From an uncultured Desulfospira sp. (lineage in GTDB: Bacteria > Desulfobacterota > Desulfobacteria > Desulfobacterales > Desulfobacteraceae), in the NCBI GenBank assembly GCA_963663165.1, contig OY760175.1, positions 6,112,001-6,176,000 on the forward strand: a DNA stretch of 64,000 nt, read 5' to 3'. Within the stretch, counting starts at the first letter, position 1; each line of letters begins with the position of its first letter. The notes under the pieces were generated by a model that saw only the letters and a program-made list of their open reading frames with translations, had not been told where the DNA came from and did no database searches. Shown here piece by piece: positions 26,686-36,131 of the stretch. A program made the position numbers and the translations under genes.

Positions 26686-27927
26686 ATGGAAGACAAACAA
26701 TCGTGGGACTGGCATACGGATCTCAAAGAAATCCCGGTTAAAGAGTGGGAATCTCAGTATAACTGGGCACAGGATCATATGATCAGTCCTGACGGAGAGC
26801 GGGTTGCCGTCATTGCTAATGTGGATGACATGGGTTTCAGCATTTGTGAAAATGGTGAACTCTGGGACCTGGAATATGAAAAAATCTGGAACCTGAAACC
26901 GCTTCCTTCCAATGGATTTGCGGCCTGTGTCTGTCAGGATGATGAATGGACCCTGGCGGTAAACGGCCAGGAGTGGGAGAATAAATTTGATTTTATCTGG
27001 GACCTTCAGGTGAGCCTGGACGGATCCTTTATCGGTGCGGCGGTGCAGACCGACTCGGAATACGGCATGGTGGTCAATGACGAACCCTGGGATGACCTGT
27101 ATGAAAATATCACCGGCATGGTCATGGGAGAAAAAGGGGCTACTGCCGGGGTTGTCCAGGTGGAATCCATGGCCGCAGCTGACGTGGAAACCTTTAAAAA
27201 AGGCATTTTTTCCGTTGCCCTTAATGGCCAGTCCTTTGAAAATAAGTATCTGAATATCTGGGATTTAAGTTTTGATCCGGAGAACCAGCACCTTTGCTGG
27301 GGGGTCCGGCTGGACAGGGAAACCTATTCCATTGCGGTCAACGATCAGCTCTGGTCCAGCCGGTTCGGGTCGGTCTGGCGGCCGGTGTTCTCCCCTGAAG
27401 GCGCGGTGCTGGCCCCGGTAAGGCATGAGGGGAAATGGCGGCTGTTCAAGGATGACGCCCTGTTTTGGAAAACCGGATACGAACAGCTCTGGCACCTTTG
27501 CCTTTGTCCTGACAAAGAAAAAATTGCCGCCATCGTGGCCCCGGTTTACGGAAAGTGGAGCGTGGCGGAAAACGATTCGGTCTGGCCCCTTTCCATTGAT
27601 ACCATGATCCGGGAGATCCGGTATTCTGCTGACGGGTCATCCCTGGTGGCCGTGGTCAAGGACAATGGATACTGGACCCTGGCCAGGGATGGGAAAAAAT
27701 GGCATCTTCCCTGTGACAAGGTCTTTAACCCTGTTTTAAGCGCCGACGGTTCTGTGGCCGCAGCCGTGGTTGAACAGAAAGGCCATTTTTTCACGGCGGT
27801 TAACGGCGAGCTGTTGACCGGGCCCTATGACATTATGTCTGATCCGGTGATCAGCCCTGACGGCACAAAAATACTGGTCAAGGGAATTGAAAAGGGCGTT
27901 TATAAACGCCGGGTGATTGCCCTTTAG
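26686..27927 (+). CDS. tmcD: Tmc redox complex subunit TmcD (Trp-rich)
   Basis: Trp-rich repeated FSPDG-like protein; first gene before the TmcC/B/A homologues. Confidence 0.82.
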   Translation: MEDKQSWDWHTDLKEIPVKEWESQYNWAQDHMISPDGERVAVIANVDDMGFSICENGELWDLEYEKIWNLKPLPSNGFAACVCQDDEWTLAVNGQEWENKFDFIWDLQVSLDGSFIGAAVQTDSEYGMVVNDEPWDDLYENITGMVMGEKGATAGVVQVESMAAADVETFKKGIFSVALNGQSFENKYLNIWDLSFDPENQHLCWGVRLDRETYSIAVNDQLWSSRFGSVWRPVFSPEGAVLAPVRHEGKWRLFKDDALFWKTGYEQLWHLCLCPDKEKIAAIVAPVYGKWSVAENDSVWPLSIDTMIREIRYSADGSSLVAVVKDNGYWTLARDGKKWHLPCDKVFNPVLSADGSVAAAVVEQKGHFFTAVNGELLTGPYDIMSDPVISPDGTKILVKGIEKGVYKRRVIAL

Positions 27928-28003
27928 CAAGCTGATAGCTCACAGCTGACAGCCGGCAGGTTTAGACAATACACATAAAGAAAAAGGATAAGAGGAGCCG
28001 CTG

Positions 28004-28663
28004 ATGAACGCTTTTATTGATTTTATCATGGGGCCTATGGTCTGGATATCGGTACTGGTTTTTCTGTTTGGGCTGGCATTTAAATTTTTCAGAATTTATG
28101 CCCAGATGAAACAAAAGGAAAACTTTGTGTTTTCCTATCTGTCATTGAAGTACAGCCTTCGGTCCATCGGGGCCTGGCTGATCCCGTTTTTTCCCAAAAG
28201 CACCCGGAACCAGCCGGTTTTCTGGGGGGTCACCTACGGCTTTCACATCCTGCTGTTTCTGGTGCCCCTGTTTTTATCGGCCCATGCCGTCCTTTTTGAC
28301 GAGGCCTTTGAAATCCCATGGCCGGCGTTGAATGACAGCCTGGCCGACCTGTGTACGGTGCTGGTTATCCTGGCCCTGATTTTTTTAGGGATTAGAAGAA
28401 TGGTGGTGCCTGAAGTCAAATACCTGACTTCATATAAGGATTATCTGCTGCTGGCCATTGTCCTGCTTCCCTTTTTAACCGGATTTATAGCCTATCACCA
28501 GGCATTTGCATACCAGTGGATGGTCATTGTCCATATTTTGTCCGGGGAACTCATGCTCATTGTGATTCCTTTTTCACGGTTTTCCCACATGCTGACCGCC
28601 CCCCTGACCCGGGCCTATACCGGATCGGAATTCGGCAACGTCAGGCATGCAAGGGACTGGTAG
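28004..28663 (+). CDS. tmcC: Tmc membrane cytochrome b subunit TmcC
   Basis: NarI-like TM protein with conserved His residues (FH, AH, VH, FSRFSH). Confidence 0.85.
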   Translation: MNAFIDFIMGPMVWISVLVFLFGLAFKFFRIYAQMKQKENFVFSYLSLKYSLRSIGAWLIPFFPKSTRNQPVFWGVTYGFHILLFLVPLFLSAHAVLFDEAFEIPWPALNDSLADLCTVLVILALIFLGIRRMVVPEVKYLTSYKDYLLLAIVLLPFLTGFIAYHQAFAYQWMVIVHILSGELMLIVIPFSRFSHMLTAPLTRAYTGSEFGNVRHARDW

Positions 28664-28675
28664 ACGGTAAAGGAG

Positions 28676-30025
28676 ATGAAAATGGAGAGTGTTCAAGCAG
28701 TAACTGAAGTTGAAAAAAATACAGATCAGGCCATTGAAAGCGGTCTTGAAAAACTGACCCCTGAAAGAATCGAATCCGTGATTAACCAGGTCCTGAACAA
28801 GGAAACCGGCCCACGGTTCAAGGCCTATGTGGACACCTGCATGCGGTGCGGCCTTTGCAGCGATGCCTGTGCTTATTTTCTGTCCAACGACCGAAATCCC
28901 AGGTTTTCCCCGGCCGCCAAGGTCAAAGACACGGTCTGGGAGATGCTGGAGAAAAAGGGAAAGGTGTCAAAGGACTTTTTAAGGCGGGCCGTTCGCATCT
29001 GCCATCTGGAGTGCAATGTCTGCAAGCGATGTTCCATGTATTGTCCCTTTGGCATTGATGTGGCCTATATGATGCTGCTGGTCCGCCGGATCTGCCATAA
29101 GCTTGAGATTACCCCCCTTTATATCCAGGATACGGTGAACTCCCACTCCGCCACCATGAACCAGATGTGGGTCAAGGAGGACGAGTGGATTGACACCCTT
29201 CAGTGGCAGGAGGAAGACGCCAGAGAGGAATTTGAGGATTTAAGAATCCCTTTGGACAAAGAAGGGGCGGACATCATGTACTCGGTGATTGCACCGGAAC
29301 CCAAGTTCCAGGCGGGCCTTATCTACCAGGCGGCCATCATGATGCATGCGGCCGGGGTCAACTGGACCATGCCGAGCCTGCCGGGGTGGGACAACTCCAA
29401 CATGGCCATGTATACCGGGGACAACGAAATTTCAGGACGGATTGCCCGGGCCTTTTACGAGGCGGCGGCCAAATTAAAGGTCAACCGGATTGTCATGGGA
29501 GAATGCGGCCATGCCTTCCGCTCCATCTATGATATGGGAAACCGGTGGATTTCCTGGGCCATGCCGCCCTTTGAGGTGGTCCATGCCCTGGAGTTCTACA
29601 ATGAACTGATCACATCCGGAAGGATCAAAATCAAGGAAAAATACAAGGCAAAGGTCACCCTTCACGATCCCTGCAACGTGGTCCGGGGCCGGGGACTTCA
29701 TGAAAAGGCCAGAGAGGTGGTCAACATGGTCTGTGAAGACTTTGTCGAGATGACCCCGAACAGGGAGCATAACTATTGCTGCGGTGCCGGGGGCGGGGTG
29801 ATCAACTGCGGCCCTCCCTATAAAACCGAACGGATGGTCAACAACCGGGTAAAGGCCGAACAGCTCAAGGCAACGGGTGCCGAAGTCCTGATTGCCCCCT
29901 GCCACAACTGCCACAGCGGCCTGGAAGATATTGTCCACCACTACGGGCTTGGCATGGAAGTCAAGTTCCTCGGGGATATCATTTATGAAACCATGGAAAA
30001 AAAAGTCTATAAGCCGGGGGAATAA
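28676..30025 (+). CDS. tmcB: Tmc Fe-S/CCG-domain subunit TmcB
   Basis: CMRCGLCSDAC, CNVCKRCSMYCP, GECGH, HDPCN, CCGAGGG, PCHNC. Confidence 0.88.
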   Translation: MKMESVQAVTEVEKNTDQAIESGLEKLTPERIESVINQVLNKETGPRFKAYVDTCMRCGLCSDACAYFLSNDRNPRFSPAAKVKDTVWEMLEKKGKVSKDFLRRAVRICHLECNVCKRCSMYCPFGIDVAYMMLLVRRICHKLEITPLYIQDTVNSHSATMNQMWVKEDEWIDTLQWQEEDAREEFEDLRIPLDKEGADIMYSVIAPEPKFQAGLIYQAAIMMHAAGVNWTMPSLPGWDNSNMAMYTGDNEISGRIARAFYEAAAKLKVNRIVMGECGHAFRSIYDMGNRWISWAMPPFEVVHALEFYNELITSGRIKIKEKYKAKVTLHDPCNVVRGRGLHEKAREVVNMVCEDFVEMTPNREHNYCCGAGGGVINCGPPYKTERMVNNRVKAEQLKATGAEVLIAPCHNCHSGLEDIVHHYGLGMEVKFLGDIIYETMEKKVYKPGE

Positions 30026-30026
30026 C

Positions 30027-30413
30027 ATGAAACTCAAACTCATTTCGCTGACCATGATCGGGATTTGTGCCGTGGCTTTGGCGGTCTGTTGCGCCGGTGA
30101 GGACATAGAACGCATGAACACATCGGCCTTTGAAAACCCAAGACGGCCCGGTGCCGTGTTCAGCCACGACGACCATAATGAGGCTGCCGGCTTGGAAGAC
30201 AATTGCGCTGTCTGCCACCATGTATATGAAAACGGCAAGCTGGTTGAGGACGAATCCAGTGAGGACAGCCCCTGTTCTGACTGCCACGCTGTTAACCCCG
30301 GACCGGACAACAAGATGTCACTGGTCAATGCGTATCATCAACGGTGCCGGGACTGCCACGTTGAGACCGGCAAAGGGCCGCTGCTTTGCGGCCAGTGCCA
30401 CAAGAAAGAATAA
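30027..30413 (+). CDS. tmcA: Acidic tetraheme type II cytochrome c3 TmcA
   Basis: Signal peptide and four CxxCH motifs (CAVCH, CSDCH, CRDCH, CGQCH). Confidence 0.88.
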   Translation: MKLKLISLTMIGICAVALAVCCAGEDIERMNTSAFENPRRPGAVFSHDDHNEAAGLEDNCAVCHHVYENGKLVEDESSEDSPCSDCHAVNPGPDNKMSLVNAYHQRCRDCHVETGKGPLLCGQCHKKE

Positions 30414-30424
30414 GGAGGCCTGTG

Positions 30425-30775
30425 ATGACCAAAAAGATTATGATCGTTGATGACGATCCTTCCATTACCAAATACCTGGACGCCTTGTTCCGGGACAACG
30501 GATATGAGACCTGTATTGCCGAAGACGGCAAAAAAGCCATGGACGTATATGAGGCCAACTCACCGGATCTGATTACCCTTGACCTTGAAATGCCCGAAGA
30601 GTGGGGTCCCCGGTTTTTCAGGAAACTGTCCAAAAAAGGATATTCAACCCCGGTGATCGTGGTGTCAGGACTGTCCGGCCGGAAATATGCCATTCCCAAA
30701 TCCGTGGCTTATTTTGCCAAGCCTTTTGATGCCCAGGAACTTTTGGATAAGGTTGGTGAGGTGCTTGGGGCGTGA
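30425..30775 (+). CDS. Single-domain response regulator of the tmc cluster
   Basis: IVDDD, ITLDLEMPEEWGPRF, VSG, KPF; RBS GGAGG. Confidence 0.9.
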   Translation: MTKKIMIVDDDPSITKYLDALFRDNGYETCIAEDGKKAMDVYEANSPDLITLDLEMPEEWGPRFFRKLSKKGYSTPVIVVSGLSGRKYAIPKSVAYFAKPFDAQELLDKVGEVLGA

Positions 30776-30840
30776 GGAAGTGGGAAAGTGGGAAAGTGGG
30801 CCGGTGGGAAAGTGGGAAAGTGAGCCGGTGAGCCGGTGAG
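30775..30840 (+). repeat. Octamer tandem array (GAAAGTGG/GCCGGTGR)
   Basis: About 8 units, lying between convergent genes. Confidence 0.8.
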
Positions 30841-30845
30841 GGCGG

Positions 30846-31367
30846 CTACCACCAGTACCGGTATGGCCAGGGGCCCGGGGGATGGTGCGGGGGAGGGCCA
30901 AACGGGGGGTCCTGAAGGGGCGGCCACAGATGAATTTCTTTTATCGAAATGAGCGGATAGGTGTACTCGATTTCGTCCAGGGGCTGGGCCCGGCTGCCCT
31001 TTATTACACCTGCCACGGTAACGGCCCGGCCCTTTGCGTAAATCTCTCCATCCAGGAATCCATCATAAAGGGCCAGGAACCTTCCGCCGGAACGATCACC
31101 CCGCCACGGCTTTTTTCCCCTGTCCAGGGGTTTTTGAACCACCTCTATAAGGGTCCCTTCTTTCAGGTTCCTGGTTGACACAATATCACCTCCCCAGAGA
31201 ATGGTGATTCCTTTAACCAGCTCAGGGTCATCAAATGCCTTTTCAAATGTGACAGACGGGTCTATCTGCTGCATCAGGTTATTTGAAATCACCGGGGCGC
31301 AGCCTGATGCGGTTCCTAAGATAAGCGACAGGATCAGGCTGATGGCAGCCATGTTTAAACGGTTCAT
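30846..31367 (-). CDS. Slp family outer-membrane lipoprotein
   Basis: Lipobox ASGC; WGGDIV..RN....T.IEV...PL; GRFLA...GFLD..IY..GR.VTV.G. Confidence 0.88.
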   Translation of the reverse strand: MNRLNMAAISLILSLILGTASGCAPVISNNLMQQIDPSVTFEKAFDDPELVKGITILWGGDIVSTRNLKEGTLIEVVQKPLDRGKKPWRGDRSGGRFLALYDGFLDGEIYAKGRAVTVAGVIKGSRAQPLDEIEYTYPLISIKEIHLWPPLQDPPFGPPPHHPPGPWPYRYWW

Positions 31368-31402
31368 AATCTGCTCCATAGTATGCTGGTACCGGTACCC
31401 CA

Positions 31403-31526
31403 TGTTTGGGGCAAAAGTTGCCCATATGCAAGGTGCACAAAAAAATGGCGGCCTTAAGCAACCTCTCGGTTGTGGGGATTGCCATTTTTTGTGCAACGCA
31501 GCAGATGGGTAGCTTTCCGTTCAACC
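31403..31526. repeat. MITE/REP-like family 2, copy 1 (inverted relative to 47721-47864)
   Basis: Shares AAAAGTTGCCCANATGCAAGG ... GCAACGCAGCAGATGGGT with the second copy. Confidence 0.7.
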
Positions 31527-31580
31527 ATTTATATGAAAGTCTCACTAACGGCCATACCCTAAAGGGCAGAAACCGGGCCG

Positions 31581-32105
31581 TTAGTTCGTAAAATCGTAGG
31601 TGACCATTTCCTCATACCGGCTGTTGAATGCGGATAAAAACAGCAGGGCCGTGTCATATAAAATTACCAAGCAGAAGACAAACATGGCCAGGGCTTCCAC
31701 ATAATAGAAAGGATACAGCGGAATGAGCAGAACGCAGGTAACCGCTCCCTTGGTCATGGCCGACTGTGCCTGGATAATTGCGGCGTAAGCTACGGCAAGG
31801 GCGGTGGCCGCTGACAGCAGTTCCATTAAGCCGAACATAAAATACTTGAGAAACCGGGGAAAAACCCGGACGATCAAGGTGATGTTGATATGGGTTTTCT
31901 TGGACTGGCCATAGGCAAAGGAAGCCATCACCGTACACAGCAGCAGTACTTCCGATATTTCATAAGCCCCGGTAAAAGACCGGTTAAGGGTTTTGGTCAT
32001 CAGCACATCAATCACATTGAGCAGCATGATGGCAATGACCCCCCCGTAACTTACAAGGCTTACGATAAACGTTATTTTATTTATTATTTTTCCAATGTTT
32101 TTCAA
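31581..32105 (-). CDS. TRAP transporter small permease (DctQ)
   Basis: Four TM segments, GAYEISE and HINI motif. Confidence 0.9.
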   Translation of the reverse strand: MKNIGKIINKITFIVSLVSYGGVIAIMLLNVIDVLMTKTLNRSFTGAYEISEVLLLCTVMASFAYGQSKKTHINITLIVRVFPRFLKYFMFGLMELLSAATALAVAYAAIIQAQSAMTKGAVTCVLLIPLYPFYYVEALAMFVFCLVILYDTALLFLSAFNSRYEEMVTYDFTN

Positions 32106-32119
32106 AGCTTATCATCCCC

Positions 32120-33418
32120 TTACATGTGGTTCGGAAGATACATTACAATCTCGGGGAACACATAAATAATCCCCACCCCTGCCAGCAGCGTGATAACAAA
32201 GGGAAAGGCGCCTTTGTATATGGTCCCCAAGGGGATATCCTTTGCCACGCCTTGAATAATAAAGCAGTTGAGCCCGACAGGGGGAAGGATGGCCCCCATT
32301 TCCATCACCAGGATGATATAAATGCCGAACCAGACAAAATCAATGCCGTAGCTTTGAACGATGGGCAGGAATATGGGGACGGTCAGCAGAATCATGGGCA
32401 GTTCATCCATGAGCATCCCTAAGACAATGTAGATCAACGTCATGCAGATAAGGATGACAAAAAAAGATACATCCATGGCCTGAAGGCTGTGGGCCAGCAT
32501 CATGGGGATCTTGGTGACGGTCAGAAAATTGCTGAACACGCTGGCCCCGATGATAATCAAAAATGTCATGGAAAAGGTGACCACGGTGTCCTTTAAGGCC
32601 CCTGTAAACTCGCCCCATGTCAGGTTGCCTTTTATGGCCATCAGGATCAGTGCTAAAAAAGCGCCCACCGCAGCCGACTGGTTGACCGAGAAAAATCCGG
32701 AGAACATGCCGCCAAGTACCGCAGCGAACAGCACCACCACGCCGATCAGCCCTTTGAGGGAGGAAAACCGCTCCTTCCAGGAACATGTTGTCGGGGGCGG
32801 TGCGCTGCCCGGTTCCATTTTGATCAACAGGACAATGGTGGCAATACTCAGCACCGCCATCATGATTCCGGGGAGTATGCCGGCAATAAACATCTTGCCG
32901 ATGGACTCCTCTGCCATGATACAGTAGATGATCATGGGGGTACTCGGCGGTATGAGAATGCCTAGGGTGCCGCCCATGGCTATGGAGCCCGTGGAAAGCC
33001 TGTCCGTATAATTATATTTGCGCATTTCAGGCAAGGCAATGGTGCTCATGGTGGCGCAGGTGGCCGCACATGAACCGCAAATGGCGCCGAACCCGGCGCT
33101 GGCAGCCACCGTGCCGCAGGCAATATTACCGGGAAGCCATGAGAACCATCGGTTCCCCGCCTTGTACAGGGCACCGGACAACCCGGCCCGGAACGCAAAG
33201 TTGCCCATGAGGATAAACAAGGGAATGACCATGAAGGTATAGGTACTTGCCTGGGTCGCCGGAACCTTCCGCAAAAGGCCGATGGCGGCTGCCGGGTTGA
33301 TCACGACGGCATACCCTACCGCTCCCGTGAGCAATAATGAAAGACCAATGTTCATGCCAAGGAATATCAGGACAAGAAAAACGACAATGCCCAAAACACC
33401 AATGGTTGCAGCAGACAT
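32120..33418 (-). CDS. TRAP transporter large permease (DctM)
   Basis: IPLFILMG, GAICGS, GGTLGILIPPS, PPVGLN. Confidence 0.93.
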   Translation of the reverse strand: MSAATIGVLGIVVFLVLIFLGMNIGLSLLLTGAVGYAVVINPAAAIGLLRKVPATQASTYTFMVIPLFILMGNFAFRAGLSGALYKAGNRWFSWLPGNIACGTVAASAGFGAICGSCAATCATMSTIALPEMRKYNYTDRLSTGSIAMGGTLGILIPPSTPMIIYCIMAEESIGKMFIAGILPGIMMAVLSIATIVLLIKMEPGSAPPPTTCSWKERFSSLKGLIGVVVLFAAVLGGMFSGFFSVNQSAAVGAFLALILMAIKGNLTWGEFTGALKDTVVTFSMTFLIIIGASVFSNFLTVTKIPMMLAHSLQAMDVSFFVILICMTLIYIVLGMLMDELPMILLTVPIFLPIVQSYGIDFVWFGIYIILVMEMGAILPPVGLNCFIIQGVAKDIPLGTIYKGAFPFVITLLAGVGIIYVFPEIVMYLPNHM

Positions 33419-33515
33419 AAGAAATACTACAGTCCTTTCAATAACGATCTTACCCTAAAGGGCAGAATCCAGACCGTCTTTAATTATCCAGCCAGGTATC
33501 GGCTTACAATAAAAA

Positions 33516-33660
33516 GTAACTATTCAGCTAATGCTGAAAACTAAGCAAAACAAGGGTTGTTCATCAGTGCTTCATATTTGTTTAGTCAGGCCTTCGTAGC
33601 ATACTGTTGCTATGTGAGAAGGCCTGAATGAGCGAAGATGGGGCACTGCTGAACAGTTAC
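33516..33660. mobile_element. MITE family 1, copy 2 (145 bp)
   Basis: TIR GTAACTATTCAGC / GCTGAACAGTTAC. TSD AATAAAAA at 33508-33515 and 33661-33668. Confidence 0.9.
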
Positions 33661-33757
33661 AATAAAAAATGAAAGTCTTTTCAGGATGCTGGTAAGACTT
33701 CCATGATAAAGTGCCCAATGAATTGAATAACAACTGTCAGCGGCGCTGACATCAATA

Positions 33758-33792
33758 TTCCTGCCTGGATGATAAATCAATCCAGGCAGGAA
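33758..33792 (-). terminator. Strong hairpin downstream of dctP (terminator or mRNA-stabilising stem)
   Basis: 13-bp stem TTCCTGCCTGGAT/ATCCAGGCAGGAA. Confidence 0.55.
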
Positions 33793-33807
33793 GTCATGTC
33801 AAACCGC

Positions 33808-34932
33808 TTACTGCTGGCTGTATTTTTCAGCCAGGGAAATGGCATCCTTCATATAAGCTTGTGCATCAAAATTTGGCACCTTTACAGTGGCGGGCCATCC
33901 CGCGATGACTTCATCCGCAGCCTTCTGGAATTCTGCCTTGGCTTCGTCGGTTACGGTCACCCACTGAACACCGGCGTCTGCCATGACCTGATGAGAGGCA
34001 GTTGCGGCGTCGGAAAAATTCTTTGCAGCGGCCAGTGACCCCATTTTCTGGGTGGTCTCTTCAAATACTTTCTGATACTCGGGCGGCAGTGAATTCCACT
34101 TGTCCCAATTCATGATCAGGCCAAAGGCACCGTCATACAACGGCATATCCGTGACATACTTGGTCACTTCCTGGAGCTTGAAGTTGGTGATACCGGCAGG
34201 CTCAAATACATACCCGTTGATGTTGTTTTTCTGCAAGGCTTCATACATATGGGGCGGTGCCATTACCACAGGGCTTGCGCCCAAGTTGGTCACCAGGGTG
34301 GTGATGGGGCCGGCAGGTGTCCGCATGGTCAGCCCTTTAAGGTCTTCGGGGGTTTCCACCGGGCCCCTGTTGCTGGCAAACAGCATCCCGGGGTTGCCGT
34401 AAAGATTGAGAACCTTATAGTTTTTCCACTCGGCCCTAAGTTCTTCGTATTTTTCGTACAGATCCCACAGCACTTTGGTGCTGGTGTCGGAATCACCAAA
34501 CCCGACCATGGGCAGGGTAGTGACATCGGTGAGGGGGAACTGGCCGGCATAAAAAGAAGTAAACAGCCAGCCGATGTCCACGCCGCCGGTTTCCACCATC
34601 TCTCCTACGTCGGGAGCGGCGGCAAGGGAACTGGAGCCGTAAATGGTGATGGTCACATGGCCGTCAGTGGCCTCATGGATTTTGTCGGCCCAGGCCTGAT
34701 AGAATTTTCCGTTGTTGGAGGTTACAGGGTCGTGCATGGACAAAGAAAATTCAAACGTGCCCAGGTCTTTTGCCGGTTTGGCTGCTGAATCAGCAGCGGC
34801 TTTGGGTGGCGGGGGTGCCGGGGTATTACTGCCCGAACTGCTCGGCTCATCCGACCCGCAGGCGGTGAGGGCAAAGGTCAGGGCAAACATCATGAACACC
34901 TGAAAAACGGAACGTATTACTTTGAACTTCAT
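33808..34932 (-). CDS. TRAP transporter substrate-binding lipoprotein (DctP)
   Basis: Lipobox LTAC, GGVDIGW, EDLKGLTMR, MYEALQ, MNWDKWNSLP. RBS GGAGG before ATG 34932. Confidence 0.92.
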   Translation of the reverse strand: MKFKVIRSVFQVFMMFALTFALTACGSDEPSSSGSNTPAPPPPKAAADSAAKPAKDLGTFEFSLSMHDPVTSNNGKFYQAWADKIHEATDGHVTITIYGSSSLAAAPDVGEMVETGGVDIGWLFTSFYAGQFPLTDVTTLPMVGFGDSDTSTKVLWDLYEKYEELRAEWKNYKVLNLYGNPGMLFASNRGPVETPEDLKGLTMRTPAGPITTLVTNLGASPVVMAPPHMYEALQKNNINGYVFEPAGITNFKLQEVTKYVTDMPLYDGAFGLIMNWDKWNSLPPEYQKVFEETTQKMGSLAAAKNFSDAATASHQVMADAGVQWVTVTDEAKAEFQKAADEVIAGWPATVKVPNFDAQAYMKDAISLAEKYSQQ

Positions 34933-35053
34933 AACATTATCCTCCTTGGTTACCATAATTTTTGGGTCTGGCTCATGGTGAAATCTTTTGTGCCGGCTAT
35001 TGCAGTTATGTACCGCCTCAAAACGGCGGCTTCCCAATCCTGTTAATGGCATC

Positions 35054-35069
35054 AGCAATAAACATGCCA
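35054..35069 (-). promoter_or_regulatory. Putative sigma-54 promoter of the TRAP operon
   Basis: Minus strand TGGCAT-GTTTA-TTGCT, about 120 bp upstream of dctP. Confidence 0.65.
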
Positions 35070-35620
35070 GTTGACCCCTATGGTTTTGATCTCCCGTCGG
35101 GGACGTTGGTTCAAAGCGTTTGCGCATATGCAACAGGGTCTGCACGGGCCTGGTTTTCTGATGGCGAAAGAAGCAGGTGTCAGCATTTCTTACTGGGTGT
35201 AAAAAAAGCTGTTTTTCGTCTGTCAGGTTCCTGATTGACTAGGGCAAGGGTAAAACAACAAGCCGACGGTTGTGAAACCATTATAGGGGGCCACAATCCG
35301 TTTTTACACAACGGGTTTCACCTGAAAATTCCAGAAGTGGTATGTTGGTTGTTCCCACCGGATTGGTCCGGCGAAGGGTTCCTTTGACAACTTAAAAAAA
35401 AGGTTGCCGGTTATGGTCAAACTGCTGAAGCTTTTGGTTCTCATTCAACCTCCACGGTACATATCGTTTTGCTTAACTGACAAAGTCGATACCATCTGTA
35501 AGGGAAAAAATCCAGCCTGAATGGAAATTATTTTCTGAATATCGGTCACCATATCCTTCCGAGAATTTCATGTGTCTGGTTTGAATCGGTTTAAGAAAAC
35601 CGGTTTCTCCTGGTGGATGA

Positions 35621-35771
35621 TTTTTATAAGAAACTGGAGACAAGAAACAAGAGACAAGAGGGCGAAGCACCTGCGGTGCCCAATTTATAGTCTACCGTTG
35701 CTGGTATCTTCAGTTTCATTATCCGTTGTGGCGATGCTTGGTTGGATAACCCAGGCGGTCCGTGGCCGTTA
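35621..35771 (+). repeat. ~151-bp composite intergenic repeat, copy 2
   Basis: Near-identical to 22991-23142. Confidence 0.9.
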
Positions 35772-35929
35772 TTAGCGATACTGAATCGCTGCAAAAAAGA
35801 TCTTTTCTTTTTAACCGCCAGTTGATATCAATAATCAGCTTCCCCCTCTTTTGTATTTCTTTCCATTGTGAGGGGCAGCCTTTAACAAAAAAATCCTGAT
35901 TCTAATGGTATGGACAATCTATGATGATC

Positions 35930-36081
35930 GTAACTATTCAGCTAATGCTGAAAACTAAGCAAAACCAGGGTCCGTAACTGTTCATCAGTGCTTCATATTT
36001 GTTTAGTCAGGACTTCGTAGCATACTTTTGCTATGTGAGAAGGCCTGAATGAGCGAAGATGGGGCACTGCTGAACAGTTAC
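35930..36081. mobile_element. MITE family 1, copy 3 (152 bp)
   Basis: Same TIRs. TSD TGATGATC at 35922-35929 and 36082-36089. Confidence 0.92.
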
Positions 36082-36131
36082 TGATGATCTAAGTTGGACA
36101 GAAAGGTGCCTTTAATGCTCAGAAAATCCTT

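Noticed and set aside
29474..30328. Long antisense ORFs (also 54163-55212, 36573-37346, 38112-38726 and others)
   Set aside because: They are shadows of genuine genes on the opposite strand in GC-rich DNA, with no motifs.
26686..30775. tmcDCBA plus response regulator as a novel system
   Set aside because: This is a well-known redox complex of sulfate reducers in the expected arrangement.
34933..35145. Extended N-termini in the ORF track for dctP (also Slp, ChaN, TmcA, aminotransferase and NtrC)
   Set aside because: Downstream ATGs have RBSs and/or start the signal peptide or domain. The extensions cross promoters or repeats.
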